DNA of 64,000 nt, taken from the NCBI GenBank assembly GCA_965649825.1, contig OZ287701.1, forward strand, positions 1,317,439-1,381,438, read 5' to 3'. Of the stretch, positions 45,396 to 58,611 are shown piece by piece. Under the pieces are notes generated by a model. It saw only the letters and a program-made list of their open reading frames with translations, had not been told where the DNA came from and did no database searches. The position numbers and the translations under genes are program-made. How positions within the stretch are numbered: position 1 is the stretch's first letter; each line of letters opens with the position of its first letter. This stretch comes from Penicillus capitatus (lineage: Eukaryota; Plantae; Chlorophyta).

Positions 45396-47940
45396 TGAAA
45401 CGGTTTCGCAGACTGTGGCAACGTGTTAACGTAGGTCCAGAATTTTTTGATAATAGAATGACGCACATCTTGCTAATATTGGATGTGGCTAGGTACTTCG
45501 ATGATATACTCGTGGGGGAAGCGACGAAAGACGGCCTGTTTGCGAAAACACTTTTTCACACCGGTCAATGGAATACGGTCTGGCCATCAATATCCAAAAG
45601 TGTGATTGGTTTGAACAATCAGTTAATTTCTTAAGAACTGAACTGAGCAATGGCACATCAATCCATATCACAAGTTACAAGCTATTTCACAGAAATTGTC
45701 AAGGATAACTTCACGCCATGATGTTCAGAGAGCAATGGGTCGTGTCGACAAGTCGCACCATATTGCTACAAATACACACATGTCATGAATGAGCTGGAGC
45801 CATTTTTACAAAGAAAACAACAATTACAGAAAAGCAAACTAAATGTTCCAAGAGACGGCGACAGATTTGCGTGTCAATGCATACAGATTAACATTGCAGA
45901 GAGCGTGTCCGTATAACTCATACACTGACTGGCGTGGAAATCCTCTAAATCAGTTTGGCCACGTTCTATTTTATTCGACCTTTCACCCCTGTGTGATTGG
46001 TTCATTTGCTACCAGTGACAAGGTAGGGAGTTTCTTAGGGGAACTGATGGGGATCACGGAAGCCTTGAAGCAATGTTTGGATATGACGAAGAGAATTTTG
46101 CGTTACTGTATACTCAGACAATCAGGCCGCATTAGAATGGTTGAGGGTGTCGGCAAGATGGCGATCTGTCGATGTGACTGTCTTGTACACGAGGGGTGCG
46201 CACTTTGCTTTGGGACGCTCGGGGTCTTGTCATTTGGGGGTTTGGGCTGGAAAGGGGTCTTTTTCTCTGGTCCTGGAGCGGTGCTGAGTCACCTGCCTAG
46301 GCATGTCACGTCACCACAGGGGTATTTAATGGACAATCTGCACCTTGTTTCACCTTGCTCCAACAGTTGTAACAAGTCTTCCGCTGTTCAATCGTTTCGT
46401 CCGACCCGACCGCCGACAGAGGGATCCAACATCTTTACACGACTTCAAGGATTTAAGGATACAACGTCACTGTAGTTAGTTGGCCGCGATAATATTTTTC
46501 GCTGGGTAAATTGAGTTTTACTTTTGTAGAAGGGAAACACAGTGTGATTGCGGGTATTCTTAGTAGACGGAAAGTGGCCCCCCATTGACTGCCGAAACAA
46601 ACACAAAACAACAAGGTTACCAAGTTTGTTCAACTGTGGCACACCAAGAACAAAGTTAGCGTAACGATGCGATTGCCAGAGCACAAAAGGCCACTTTGGA
46701 ATTAGAAAGACGTGGTTAAATCTGAGATCGGATGGATTTCGATGGACGACGTCAAAATTTCGAAGACTTGTGATATTTGCCAGCAATTTAGACAATTGCA
46801 ACTCAACGTAAATTTAGGGATGATAGACAGTCCAACACCAAACCATAGCTTGTGTGTGGATTTCATTGGTCCGTTACCTAGAAGAAGGCACGGTTATCGT
46901 ATCATTGCCACTAGAATAGATGCCTTTACCAAATTCGGCACCGCGCAAGCATCTTAAACTTGTCCGGTTACTCAGATTATAAAGTGCACAAGAATTGATA
47001 TTCATTGAATGACCCACTGGAACGTATTTTGTGTGTTAACTGTCAGTGAACAGCTGTCCATCTTCGTGCAGCCGCCACGGAGACGCGTTGATATGACGTT
47101 TGACGCGTATAAAATCCGAGGTAATGAACGTTAAAGCAGTCTTTGTAACCTATATGCCTTCGTCGGAATCGTGTCGTTTGTCGATTGCGCGACAATAACG
47201 GAGGAGCATTTATCTCAAAAGAGTTTGAGAGGTTTTGTGAGCGACGCGGGGTCGAAACCATTCACACACCAGCGAATTCGCACAAAAGTGCCGGGACAAT
47301 TAAAGCGTGCAACAGGGACTTGGTCAATGGCCTTAAGGAGATCTGGAGAGAGAACAGAGAGGAGACTGAACCAAGCACATCAACGAATGTGCACAAGAAA
47401 TAAAAAGAACAGTGCATTGCACGACACTCTTTTGTTCGCGATATCGGATTAAAGGAATTCACAGAAGTGGCAAACTGGCAAACGACGAGCAATAGCAACA
47501 GATCGGAAACTGGCTTACGAGAGAATCAAAAGGGCGCATGAGCAGTCTGCAAAGAGATATGCAAAAAAGGTCACGGATGTTCGTATTCACAAGGGAATGG
47601 AAGTATCTTGGCACAACTCCAAATTAGCTGATCGCTTAGACTCCAAGCTCTATTCGAAGTGGGTATCTCCCGACGTTTTGATAAAAAAACGTAGCGAACA
47701 CCGTTGGGATGTCGAATTGCCTGACGTATCTTACCTCTATAACGTACATTGATTTTGTTCGACAGCTTCGGCGAATAGGTGGGTCCGTGTTCTGACGAAT
47801 TACGATCATAGTCAATCAAGAAAGCGAACATTTAAAACGGAAGTGCACGATCTCAGAATTGTAACTTGCGATCTGCTCGTTTGCAAACGGACAGCATACC
47901 TCGAACGCGCATTTTTTTGCACTCTCTCGAGCAAATCACA
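45396..47940 (+). mobile_element. Decayed, 5'-truncated relative of the intact Ty3/gypsy element (RT-RH-IN, PPT, 3' LTR remnant 47788-47940)
   Basis: ARYFDDILVG, YTDWRGNPLNQFG, GSFLGELMGI, LCVDFIGPL, IDAFTKFG, HKSAGT, with stops and frameshifts; collinear with 13362-15330. Confidence 0.9.
46148..46418. mobile_element. Solo LTR (271 bp) of a different family nested in the decayed pol
   Basis: TGTCGGC...GCCGACA terminal inverted repeats and a 5-bp TSD GAGGG (46143-46147 / 46419-46423). Host RNase H coding resumes on both sides. Confidence 0.9.
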
Positions 47941-48202
47941 CAGCGGCGTGCCTTTGATCGACGTAACTGCCATCGTAGGTGACAAGACCGCCCGAGCGAA
48001 ACCAGAATCGCAGAGCTTAATCACGGCGTGAGAGCAAACCAAGATATTCTGCGGCTTCAGGTCTTGATGAACGATCCGCTTGCCGTGAAGATAGTGCAGA
48101 GCCGAGAGCATTTGTCGGGCAATGCTCTGGACGAGCACCTCTCATCCTCACCGTCCCGTACGATCCCTCGCCGACGCTCTCGAGCAGACAGTAGCGCTCC
48201 AT
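47941..48202 (-). pseudogene. TIO/FUSED 5' fragment, copy C, with an internal ~325-bp deletion
   Basis: [17 protein letters not shown] jumps to VLVQSIARQ...HQDLKPQN...LCDSG...IKGTPL; HRD and DFG motifs are mutated. Confidence 0.9.
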
Positions 48203-48271
48203 GCAAACGATCGATCGTCGTCGAAACGTCACATCACCTCACATCGCGGAGAGTTCGGCAGCGTCCTGGCA

Positions 48272-50388
48272 ATGCCGCGCAGTCATCGACAGGAGGACGT
48301 CCCTTCGAACCAGCCGACCTTCGCAGCTCTCCTCCAACTGTCTCCGCCTCCACTCCAACAGCTTCTGCACGACGCCTTCCGCGGTGTTCGCCAAATCGGG
48401 AACTTCTGCACCGAGCGGATCCTGAAACACCGTCCCCCATTGTTTCGCCTCCTCCTGAACGAACGTCCCTTAAGGAGAAAGTGTCAAAAACGACACTTCC
48501 GCGTCAGAGATGTGCATTTCTCGAGCCTGAGCGTCGGAGATTTTGATCTGGGAGATTTGAAGGAGTCCCTCAGTCGCATCCAGCTCCCTTTCTGGGTCGA
48601 CATCTCCTCCCCCGGCCACCCAGACAAGAAACGACTCATGACTGTCCACGACTTCTTCAAGTACACGGAGAAACAAGGTAGAAGAGACGCTCGACCATGG
48701 ACACGGCATTGCATGAGATGCAGGTAAGACGTTCTTCGAGAGTTTGGATCGCGATTCGGACGGAGTGGTGACATTGGATGATATGAGACACGCCATGAAG
48801 ACATTCAAGCTGCCAGAGAAGTATGCTAAAGATTTCCTGAACCACGCTCGGGGTGGCAGGTGGTGGGAGAAGTCCATTACGTACGGATCGCATCGTCCAT
48901 CGAGGTGATTCGTTAGTCTGTGATGTGACAGATGGGACGAGTTTAAGGCGCTGGTCGATGAACGCGAATCCGATATGCTTCGGGCGTTTACAACGCTGAC
49001 AGTCAACAAGAAGGGCCAGTTGGATGTCGAAGGGCTGAAGAACTCGCTGGAGAAGTTGGGACTGCCAGCAACAGAAGGCAACGCCAAGGCCATGCTCAAG
49101 GCGTTAGGGAGTGAGAAGGATGGCTATGTCTCCTACTCAAAATTCCGCAACTTTGCGATCCTGCTGCCGAAGCATACGTTGATCAAATCCGATCCCAGTT
49201 TGATCTGGTTCGAATCGGCAACGATGGTGCCGATCGGACCGCCCCGAACGGAAGGTGATGCGTTAGGGACAGGCAAGATGATGATCACTGCCGCTTTGGC
49301 TGGAGGATTGGCCTCTGCCTGTTCCACCTTTGTCATGCATCCGGTGGACACACTCAAGACCCGAGTACAGTCCACAGTCGGCGCCTCCGCTTTGGCCATG
49401 ATGCGATCGATTCCGAAGATCGGCGTACAGAATCTCTATAAGGGTGTGGTGCCTGCAACAGCCGGATCGGGACTGAGTCAGAGTATGAGGACCTTTGCCT
49501 ACGAAGGCGTGTTCCGTTTTCTCTCGGCTGTGACTGGCGGTGGCCTGGAAGTCCAACTGCAGGGATTGTCTATCGGCGTCGGGACATTCATTGGCGCCGG
49601 TGTGCGTATTCCGTGCGAAGTGCTGAAGCAGAGACTTCAGATCGGACGTCATGAGAATGCCAAACAGGCACTGGATGTGGCGTTAGCTGCCGACGGACCA
49701 AGAGGTCTCTACAAGGGCACACTGGCATTGCTGTCGCGTGAAGTGCCGTTTTACATGTTTGGCATGATGTTCTATCAGCTGCTGAAGAAGACGTTTCGTG
49801 GGGAGTTCTTTGGAGGGGGAAGGGAACTGAGAACGTGGGAGATCTTAACCGTCGGTGCCCTATCCGGCGCACTGGGTGCCATTGCCACGACACCGGCCGA
49901 TGTTGTCAAGACCCGAATCATGTCGGCCGCTCCGGGGACCGTCGTCTCGCCTTCTCAGATTCTGATCGACATGCTCAAAGCAGAAGGCATTCCAGCCCTC
50001 TTCAAAGGTACTGGACGACGTGCTGTGATCTATGTCTGTCATTTTTCCATGTCCAATCTGAATGCATGGTCTGGCAGGTTGTTTGCCGCGTGCTATTTGG
50101 ATTGCACCGGTGGGTGTTATGAATTTCGCTGGCTACGAGTTGGCGAAGAAAGCAATCATCGAAGCGGAAAAGAAGAAAACGCAGTTCGAGCAGAATGTCC
50201 TAAACTACGACGGCAGCGCCTCCGCTTCCGACGCCATGCCATTCGATCACGGTTCTCTCCCGAACCCATCGTGGATCACGATGACGATCTTTCTGTCTGA
50301 CAGAGAAGGGGAAGATGGAATTGGAGAGCCACAGAGTGGAGCAGTTGGCAGAACACGCCATGGTCGAGACAACGACATCATCCTTTGA
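48272..50388 (+). CDS. EF-hand-containing mitochondrial carrier family protein (plant SAM-carrier-like group), multi-exon
   Basis: DRDSDGVVTLDD EF-hand; carrier signatures HPVDTLKTRVQ, PCEVLKQRLQ and PADVVKTRIM. Confidence 0.9.
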
Positions 50389-50573
50389 TGGCAAATCAGG
50401 CAGCAACGAGAATGTCCGAGCGTAAAAGAAGAGCACACGGAACAGAGTGTGGATGGCGTGTTGATACGTCTCGGCCGTCACATCTTTCATGGATGGCATT
50501 TTTGATGGATCCTGATGTTGTATGTCCTGTACGTGAGTGTATCCATTAAACACTGTCCTGTTTCAAACCCGCA

Positions 50574-52286
50574 TCATCTCGATGGTGCTTGCTGTCGATC
50601 GCGTTCCTCAAGTTTGATCGAGAGTGTCCTGTAGGTCTCTATGCCTTCTGACAACCGTTCCAGTAGATTGATCAATGCAATGACCTCATTCCTTTCCAGA
50701 ATGAAGGGCTGAGGGGACAAGCGATCGCCAACGTTTTCCGTCGTGCAGTCGGCATCGTGAAAGAGAACCTTGAGTGCCGTTGCCAATCCCAGCATCTGCA
50801 GCTTTCCCCAGAGCTTGCATTTTTCGCAGCCGACGCAGTCCATGATTCGAGTGATGTTGTGGAAGCTGATCTGGAGCTGCTGTTTCAATTCGGGTCCTTC
50901 ATCGCCCTTCCATAAACGACCCTCGTCAAAGGGTATGGGACAGGCACTTCTCAGCTCAGGCATATCGACCAAGCGTGCTACCAGCATCGTCGTTTCCTTA
51001 TCGGCCTCGGGATCTCCAGTGTTGTAGTGATCGCCCTTTAGAAAATCGCCGGCTTTGGTCACGGCCCTCAGGACAAAGAGAAAGGTAAAGTAGAGATTGT
51101 CTACGCGATCCGAGACGTTCGGATTGCCGAGCGTCCACTTGAACATTTCGAGATTGGGACCCCAGATCTCGTTTTCCTCATCCAGCAGCATCTCTTGCAC
51201 CACATGGGCCGTGATGGAGGAATGCAGACCCGAGATAAGCTTGTAGAAAACGCGCTTCTCTGCACAGGAGTGGTTGTTGGGTGTTGCCGTATCGGCAAAG
51301 CAGGACTGAGAGTAGATGGCTTGCCATACCCGACGCGGATTCTCCCCCTATTTACCAACATGCCTCATGTACTTAAGCCCGTACATAGATGATCATTTCT
51401 CACATACTTTGTATCCGGTGAAACGTTCAGGATTGACAGCCAGATTGATGTAGGAGTAGTCCACTTCCGAATCGTCTTCTGGCATCCAGGGATTATCAAA
51501 TCCTCGCCAGCCAGGCAAGCTGACTAATCTTTGCTTCACCGCAGCATCCATCGTTCGATCGACTGCGGATTCTCGTTCAATTGCAGCTACAAGGCAGAAA
51601 GAGTGAGATCGATTTTTGGAAAATGAGTGAGATGCCAGACTTGTGTTGCATGGCTGATGCATTCGATTCTCTTCTTCAATCCACACCCGAGGTACTTCTC
51701 CATCCTCGCATTCGCAAACACTACACGCTTGCAGAACGCACATGCCATCTTCCGGCCACAGCGGACAGTCACACCACAGATTCACCTAGCCATTTAAGGT
51801 CACATCAATCTCTTCTCATGACGCACACCCAAGCCGCACCTTAAAGTACTTAAAGAAGGGCGTGCTCGTGAGCTTCGAGATAAGAGGATAGAGAGATTCT
51901 TGATTCACCCGATTAACCGTTCGAAAATCGCAGCCTAGTCACATCAGATGATCATCTCTGTCGATGGATAAAGCATTGTGTAAGATGTACTGCAGTCGTT
52001 GACGGTTCCTTTCAGACGGCAGCTCCCCACTCCGACGTCCGATTCCAGCGATGACGTCTAGAATGACAAAGAAGTGATGTGACGTTCGTTGAGATTCTAA
52101 AAAGCCCTTTACAGGACAAGACTCCTCCGGAGGCGTCGTCTGGCGTTGCAGCAGGTAATGACTCCTGAATCGCTCGAGAGAGTGCCACAGCAATCTTTCG
52201 TCATGCCAATCACCATAATTCACTGCCAATCCGATCGACAACGCGACCACAGAAATGCAGGAGATACAAAGCCAATTCGACATCAT
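50574..52286 (-). CDS. ERO1: ER oxidoreductin 1, multi-exon
   Basis: Signal-like N-terminus, FFKYFKVNLWCDCPLW, CSVCEC, INLAVNPERFTGY, MDCVGCEKCKLWGKLQ. Confidence 0.92.
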
Positions 52287-52420
52287 TCTCACCGAATCTT
52301 CAAAAGACAGACAGGTTGGCAGCTTCGCCGTTTTAAATACCTTTGATGAATGCATTCCCTGACATTAAGTTGGTCGTACGTACCCTTCTGACCAGCAACT
52401 GCACGACAACAACAAAGCCA

Positions 52421-53982
52421 ATGCGTTTCATCCTTGACGGCGAGCCCGTCACAGAGCGCGACGTGGGCACAGTGAATATCTTGGAGCACCTCCTGGCACA
52501 AGAAGAGGTGGCCATGGTGGCTCCCTCGGAGAGAGTCCGAGTAAGAGTGGTGCACAGGTCGACCTCTGTGAGTTACGGAAGGTCTCGGCGGTGCGGGGAC
52601 TGGTGACAAGTGCCCTGAGAGCACGCGTCTGGCCGCTGCTGCTCGGCGTAGATCTCGCCAAACCCATCTCGAATGAAGAATACGAATGGCTGACCATCCA
52701 ACACAATGAATTCCGAGGCATCATTGCCCAGGATGTTCATCGGTCACTCTTTCATTTTTACAATCCCACTCAAGAGGAACAAAGAATGCGACAGAGAGAG
52801 AAACTGGAAAGAATTCTGAATGCTGTTGTGAACTACCATAAAGGCAAGACCTCACACTTTTGACGTCATCACTTATTCAGCTGATGTGACGGACGTTTAG
52901 GAAATGTCCACTACTATCAAGGACTCCACGACATCGCTTCAATTCTGCTCCTTACTCTAGGTCACTCATTTTTCACATGCGGTCTTGGAGAGCGATGAGT
53001 GAGATGGTGTATAGGTGAACCATTGGCGTTTGCTGCTCTGTGCAAACTATCAACAAATCGGCTGCGAGACTGTACACAAAGCACTCTTGTGCCGGTGGCC
53101 GAGCTCCTGAAGCTCCAAGTACCTGTCCTGCGAAAACTGGACCCTCCACTCGCACGGCATCTTGAAAAAATGGACATTCCATGTTTCTTTGCCATCAGCT
53201 GGTTTATCACTTGGTTCTCACACGATGTCCCTCTATATCCTGAAGTAGGCATCTTCCCAACCGTGCCAGACTTATGCTGCATATGTGTCGTAGATTTGCC
53301 GATTGTTTGATTTCTTTTTGGCTACGCATCCCATGATGCCTCTCTACATCGGCGCCGTCGGTATGCACACAGCCAGGATGCAGCTATTAGCAGAAACAGA
53401 AATGTCCGAACTGCACACAGCGCTCGTCAATCTCCGCGTCGTCCATATCTGCCCAACCGATAACATCATCATCGAGGTCCAGCACTGCAGATCCGATTTC
53501 TCTCTCTACTGAGGGCCATACGCTGACGACAGGCCATCGCTCTTTATAGACGGTGTCCTCCAAGGAGAGTGATCCGAGATGTGTCTTTCCGTCTGAGGCA
53601 CAGCGTGACACCGTTTGCCTACCTGGAGAACGACCAGTGGATCGTCCCTCCACAAACGCCCAGCTATCCGTTTCGCAATCCAGGGAAATGGTTGCTACAT
53701 ACCGTCGTTGGTGGTCTCATAAGTAACAGTAGCGTAACGGCAGCATCCCTTCGCATTGCATCCATGGCAGGTAAGCTCCATCGATGCGTTCGATCTGCGA
53801 TTCCACGATTCTCGATGCGTTCGATCTGCGTTCGATTCCAGGATTCTCGTTGCGTTGGATATGCAATTGCAGGATTCGTGCCTGTAGGCGTTGGCATCTG
53901 TGCTGTTGCTGTCGTTGCCTTGAAGCTGTTAGAACATGACATGGACCAGGTGCAGCGGACGATCTGGGATCAATTGTTTTGA
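52421..53982 (+). CDS. TBC1D20: Rab-GAP TBC domain protein (TBC1D20/Gyp8-like) with C-terminal hydrophobic tail; start uncertain (52346 or 52421)
   Basis: LRARVWPLLLG, IAQDVHRSL, HYYQGLHDIAS, FAISWFITWFSHD, RLFDFFLATHPMMPLY. Confidence 0.85.
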
Positions 53983-54207
53983 TTGACGTAAGCAAAATAG
54001 GTGCACGTGCTTTCAATAACGCATGGACATGGCACAGTGCATACCACGGCGATATAAACCGAAGTCGAATATGATATTGTAATTGCGAACGTCGATTCCA
54101 GACGCATCGTGTACGGTCATTCGGTCGTGTCGTTGAAGATGCCAGACATGCCTGTCAAGTAATCGCCATAACACGGCGGCCCCAACTGCAAAGAGATTCT
54201 GTACAGG

Positions 54208-55180
54208 ATGGTGGTCTCGGCTGGACGCAAACGCAGTCTACGCTCGCTGCAAGACGTCGTTGTCGAGGTGGTCTCACAGAGCGACGAAAGCAAGCACTCC
54301 AAAACGGAAGACGCTGCGTCACGCGTCCCTTGTCTCGATGCAGGTTGTCTAGTGACGTGTCGTCGTTGTGACGACGGGAAACTCGTGAAGCTCAGGAGGT
54401 CGTTGCTGAAGCCTAAGAGTGAGGTCGAAGGAGATGCCGCACTCGATCTACAACAACGTACGTACTCTATGTGTTTGTCACCCATTCCGTGTATTGGGAT
54501 CATGGATGTCGGCATGGACAGGACTCAGAGAAGAACAGCAGCGTTGGATGACGCGCTTCAGAACAGAGATACTGGATCTGGAGGATCTGATTCCGTGGAA
54601 CGGTGTGACGAAATCGTGGAAGGCCAAAAGAGGAAGTTGGCGCAAACGCATCTTCACAGCTGTGACGTTGCAAGATATTGGCGAAGGGTGCAACAGTCTC
54701 ACACTTCTCACTCTTTTGAACGCATAGATGTGGTATAGGTTGAAGGAATTGTTGAGATGTCTCGTGTGGGAGAGAGATCAACACATTGGACATTCGGTTC
54801 TTAAGTGGGAGAACGAGATCGACGAAATGTGCAGTGACTCGAGCGACTGCAAACGGTTTTCAAAGCTCTGGCGAAAACTGAGCAACGACATCCATCAATG
54901 GATCCAAGATCGCGCCGGCGGCACTCATCTGCCTGAGCCATCCGTTTCGCGGCGTCGTGCTGAACTGGCGTTGCATCGTATGAAGAAAGCGATGGTCGAG
55001 GGAAAGGCGGCGCTGAGGCAAATCCCGCTCGATGCGATTCTACATGATGACGCAGTGGCATTGGGACATCTGAAGTCGATGATCTCGGCGGAGAAACGTC
55101 GCTTGTCAGACGTCACATCACCAGGAAAAAAGAAAGACGCCGCAACACAGTCAGCAGAGCGATCTGCTGCGACGGGGTGA
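54208..55180 (+). CDS. Hypothetical protein, multi-exon; 5' end uncertain
   Basis: Spliceable frames give ILDLEDLIPWNGVTKSWKAKRGSWRKRI...LKELL, loosely like WHIM/WSD-type motifs; no firm family. Confidence 0.45.
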
Positions 55181-55221
55181 TTGAGAGATCGTCACTTTTG
55201 GTCTCTGCCTACTGTAAGATA

Positions 55222-55829
55222 ATGGTTTCGCAATGTTGCCGAGCGACGTCACGTCTCGTGCCAAAAGGACTGGCAGTGCACGAAACGACGACGCCTGTGG
55301 CGATGCTCTCTCTCGGTCACCGCGCCTCACGCCCAGAAACGCGTCGTTTCCGTATGGAACGCGTCAGTCTCCAGGATTGGATGTGTTATGACGCGCAGGG
55401 ACGCGATTTGTGACACGAGCTGAGCAGATGGACATCGATGCCGTTGTCGCGAAACTCACGGATAAGGCACCGACCGATGATCCGTTTGCAGTGCTGACGA
55501 TGATGTGTATGTTCGTGCAGTTTGAAAGTGCAGATAACAAGCCAGTGATCATTGCCTACGGTGTGGCAGGACTGCTGTCCTTGTTCTTCACAGAATGGCT
55601 CATTCATCTTCCTGCACTCGATGTGGTATGGCAATCGACATCGCAGTAGGTCGGTCAGCCGACCCATGGTATGTTCGTGCAGCTTGTAGGATTTCCGATT
55701 CAATTGCTGGGCGTTTTGGTCGCACCTTTGCTCGTTCTTCGTTACGCGGTGGACAAGAAGGACTGGTATGCAGACATCGAAGGGTTACTGGAGAAAGTGA
55801 CTACTTCGCTTCCCGGACTCAAGAAATGA
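55222..55829 (+). CDS. CURT1: CURT1/CAAD-like thylakoid membrane protein with transit peptide
   Basis: DNKPVIIAYGVAGLLSLFFTEWLIHLPALDV...FQLLGVLVAPLLVLRY...EKVTTSLPGLKK; two hydrophobic helices. Confidence 0.6.
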
Positions 55830-55935
55830 AATCCATGCGTAAGAAACGAAAGGTCTTTCGATTTTGCGAACGGAAGACAAGATTACTGTACGAGACGAGA
55901 TGAAAACTTTTCACCATCCACACTGAGTGCGTTCG

Positions 55936-57127
55936 TCAGCCGTGTGGGTTTTTGCGGGACGCGTCGATCGATGGACAGGTCCAGACAATGTGATCTTTCT
56001 TACCAATGCGGCAGTAGATATGTTCGACCTAAGTGTCACATCAGTGGTCACACAAAAAGAGTGACATACACGAGGTTCTTGCCCGTTGTTTCCACAATGG
56101 CAGTTCCGATTGTCCATCGGTGTGCCTGTCTCGCAGCAATGGTCTCAGTTCTTCTCGCCGATCTCCGCGCATCCAGGCGACCGAAACATGTAATTGAGGA
56201 TCCTGAAATGCGCAGCGAAGAGTGTAGAGTGAGAAAGAGTGAGATCGAACTGGGTAGAATGGCTCTTTGCGATGCAGCTGCAGGACGACATCGACAGTGT
56301 GCAGCATACAGTGAATGGTTTCGGTTTCCGACGCGATCACCGATGAGAGAAACGTACGATCACCTTCGTCGTTTGCGAAGCTCTCGTAGCATCCCATCTC
56401 AACTTTAACGCCTCTGCAGAGCACAACACGAAAAGGGATATTGCAAAGCGAGACGACAGATCGACCAACGTTCGGTATTTCTTGAGACGTTTTCGAAGAA
56501 TCGAGAGAAAAGCGTCGATCTCGTGGTACTCTAAGGTGAAACTTCTGGAAAGGCTTGCATGGAGATGCGATATCTCATCTCCCTTCTCTCCGACTGGTAT
56601 CAGAGAATGCACATCAGTATGGAGTTCCTTGCGCAACTACACAACCGAAACACGTGAGATCTCCTCTGGAAATGCACCGGACTGACGACCTGACTCAATA
56701 TCTCTTCGATCTGCGTTTTTCGATCATCTGGGCACCAAACTGAACACGCACTCTTTGGTCGAGAGCGTGAAAGACGTTGAAAGGAGGGTACTTGGAATGT
56801 AGACGAGGGAGGCAAAGCGCCCTTCAACATGAGGATATCGCCGAACGCGTCCCACATCGTCCACCACACGGCGTCTCTCAGGAGGGACACCATATCCTTC
56901 GCTATCTTCGTTCAGCGCGCCGATCGCCGTCTCTGTCGTCTCACTGAAACGGAAGACATTCCACCTAGCGCCGTCATTCCACGCCGAAAACGCGTTGTGT
57001 GCCTGGACAGTTCTCTTCGGCGTTTTTTCGGCGGCTCTTGAGTATCGGAGGCGTCGCTGTTGTCGCTGTCAGATGAAGATGTCGAGGAAAGGGGCATTGA
57101 AGCGTCAAAGAAATTCATACCGCTCAT
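55936..57127 (-). CDS. USB1: U6 snRNA phosphodiesterase (2H/HVSL family), multi-exon
   Basis: Two HxS motifs (HLHASLSRSF, PQLHVSVAW), FANDEGDRTFL, and C-terminal VEHIYCRIGKK. Confidence 0.85.
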
Positions 57128-57237
57128 CCACTCGATCGTTCGTACGAGAGATGTCTGTCATCTGTTAAATGTGGCATTGTGGGGGATAACGTTGTCTGAC
57201 GGATTTCGAATAGCGCGTCGACGAAAGGACAACGACG

Positions 57238-58611
57238 ATGGCAGACGAAAGCGTTTCTGAATTTATCAACATCACGAACAGCGACGCCGAGACAGCCAAG
57301 TTCTATCTCGAGTCTTGCAACGGCGACGTCGCGAACGCCGTTGAGAGCTACTTTGCCAACCACGAAACGCACAATTCCACGACAGAACCACCAGCGCAGT
57401 CGTCGCAGCCTCACGCCGCCGCCCCTTCGACTCAACAACGCACACGGGTGAGAAATAACCCCGTCCAGCTCGCACGCTCGCTCTCCATCATGCATCGACA
57501 TGTGATATAGATTGCCGGTTTGGGTGACGTGGATGACGAGGACAGCGAAGAGGATGAGGGCGATGGACCAGAGGATAACGAATACTACGCGGGAGGCGAG
57601 AAGAGTGGTGTTGCCGTGAGGGGTGGCAAGAAGACAGATCACATCGAGAATCTCTTTGACAGCGCTCGCGAACATGGAGCCGTGCAGGGTGCGTCAGGTA
57701 TCGAGTGTTGGATGTTGATCGTGGTCTGCAGGAACGGAGGAGGATTTGAGAGAGCCCAATGTTAGCCGCGTGTTTACAGGACAGGCTCGGACACTGGCAG
57801 GCGAAACGATGCAACATGCTCCGGCTCCGGCTCGACCGCAGCCTGTCACGATTGCGTTCTATCCCAATGGAGTAGAAGATGATGAAAGTGTGAGATGTAT
57901 GTGTGAGAGATCGATGCGTAGGTGTTTACAATTGACGACGGAGAACCGCGATCGGTCGATGATCCACAGAACGCACAGTTTCTAGACTGCATCCGTCAAG
58001 GCATGTGTCCTCCTGAGCTGATCGACCGCAACGGAGGACGTCCCATCAAAGTCAACCTCGTGAAGAAGGGAGCAGACTACGAAGCGCCTGTAAAACCGAG
58101 GTCAGCTGCCATGAGTGTATGACGCATGTGTGAGAAGTGCGACCTTTTGGCCACATGGTTTAGATATGTCGCATTCAGTGGCACAGGACAGACACTGGCC
58201 GATGCCGGAGGTTCTAGTTCCACTCGCGTCGTTCCCGAGTCCGATGAAGGTAAAGAGTGAAGGTTAGAGTGAGAATCTAGAATGAAAGTGTGATGTGACA
58301 GGAGGCGATTGGGAAGGGACAGACGAATCGCGTCCAGCGACATCCATCCAGCTCGTCTCGCCATCAGGCGTTCGAGTCGTCACCCGTTTTAATCTGACAC
58401 ACACCGTACGCGACATTCGCAGGTGGGCATCCCTATCAAAGTGTGAGAGCTTGAAAAGAGTGAGAAATGTGTTAGATACATTGCAGCTCGGCATCCGGAG
58501 TGGGGATTCAATGGAGAGATGAGGACAGGTCATCCAGCCAAGCCTTTAGATGACGATTCCATGACCATCGAAGCGGCGGCGCTTTCGAATAGCGTCGTCA
58601 TGTTAAGATGA
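57238..58611 (+). CDS. p47/NSFL1C-like UBA-SEP-UBX (PUX) CDC48 adaptor
   Basis: FINITNSDAETAKFYLESCNGDVANAVESYF, YYAGGEKSG, FLDCIRQGMCPPEL, FSGTGQTL, TSIQL..RFNLTHTVRDIR. Confidence 0.9.
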
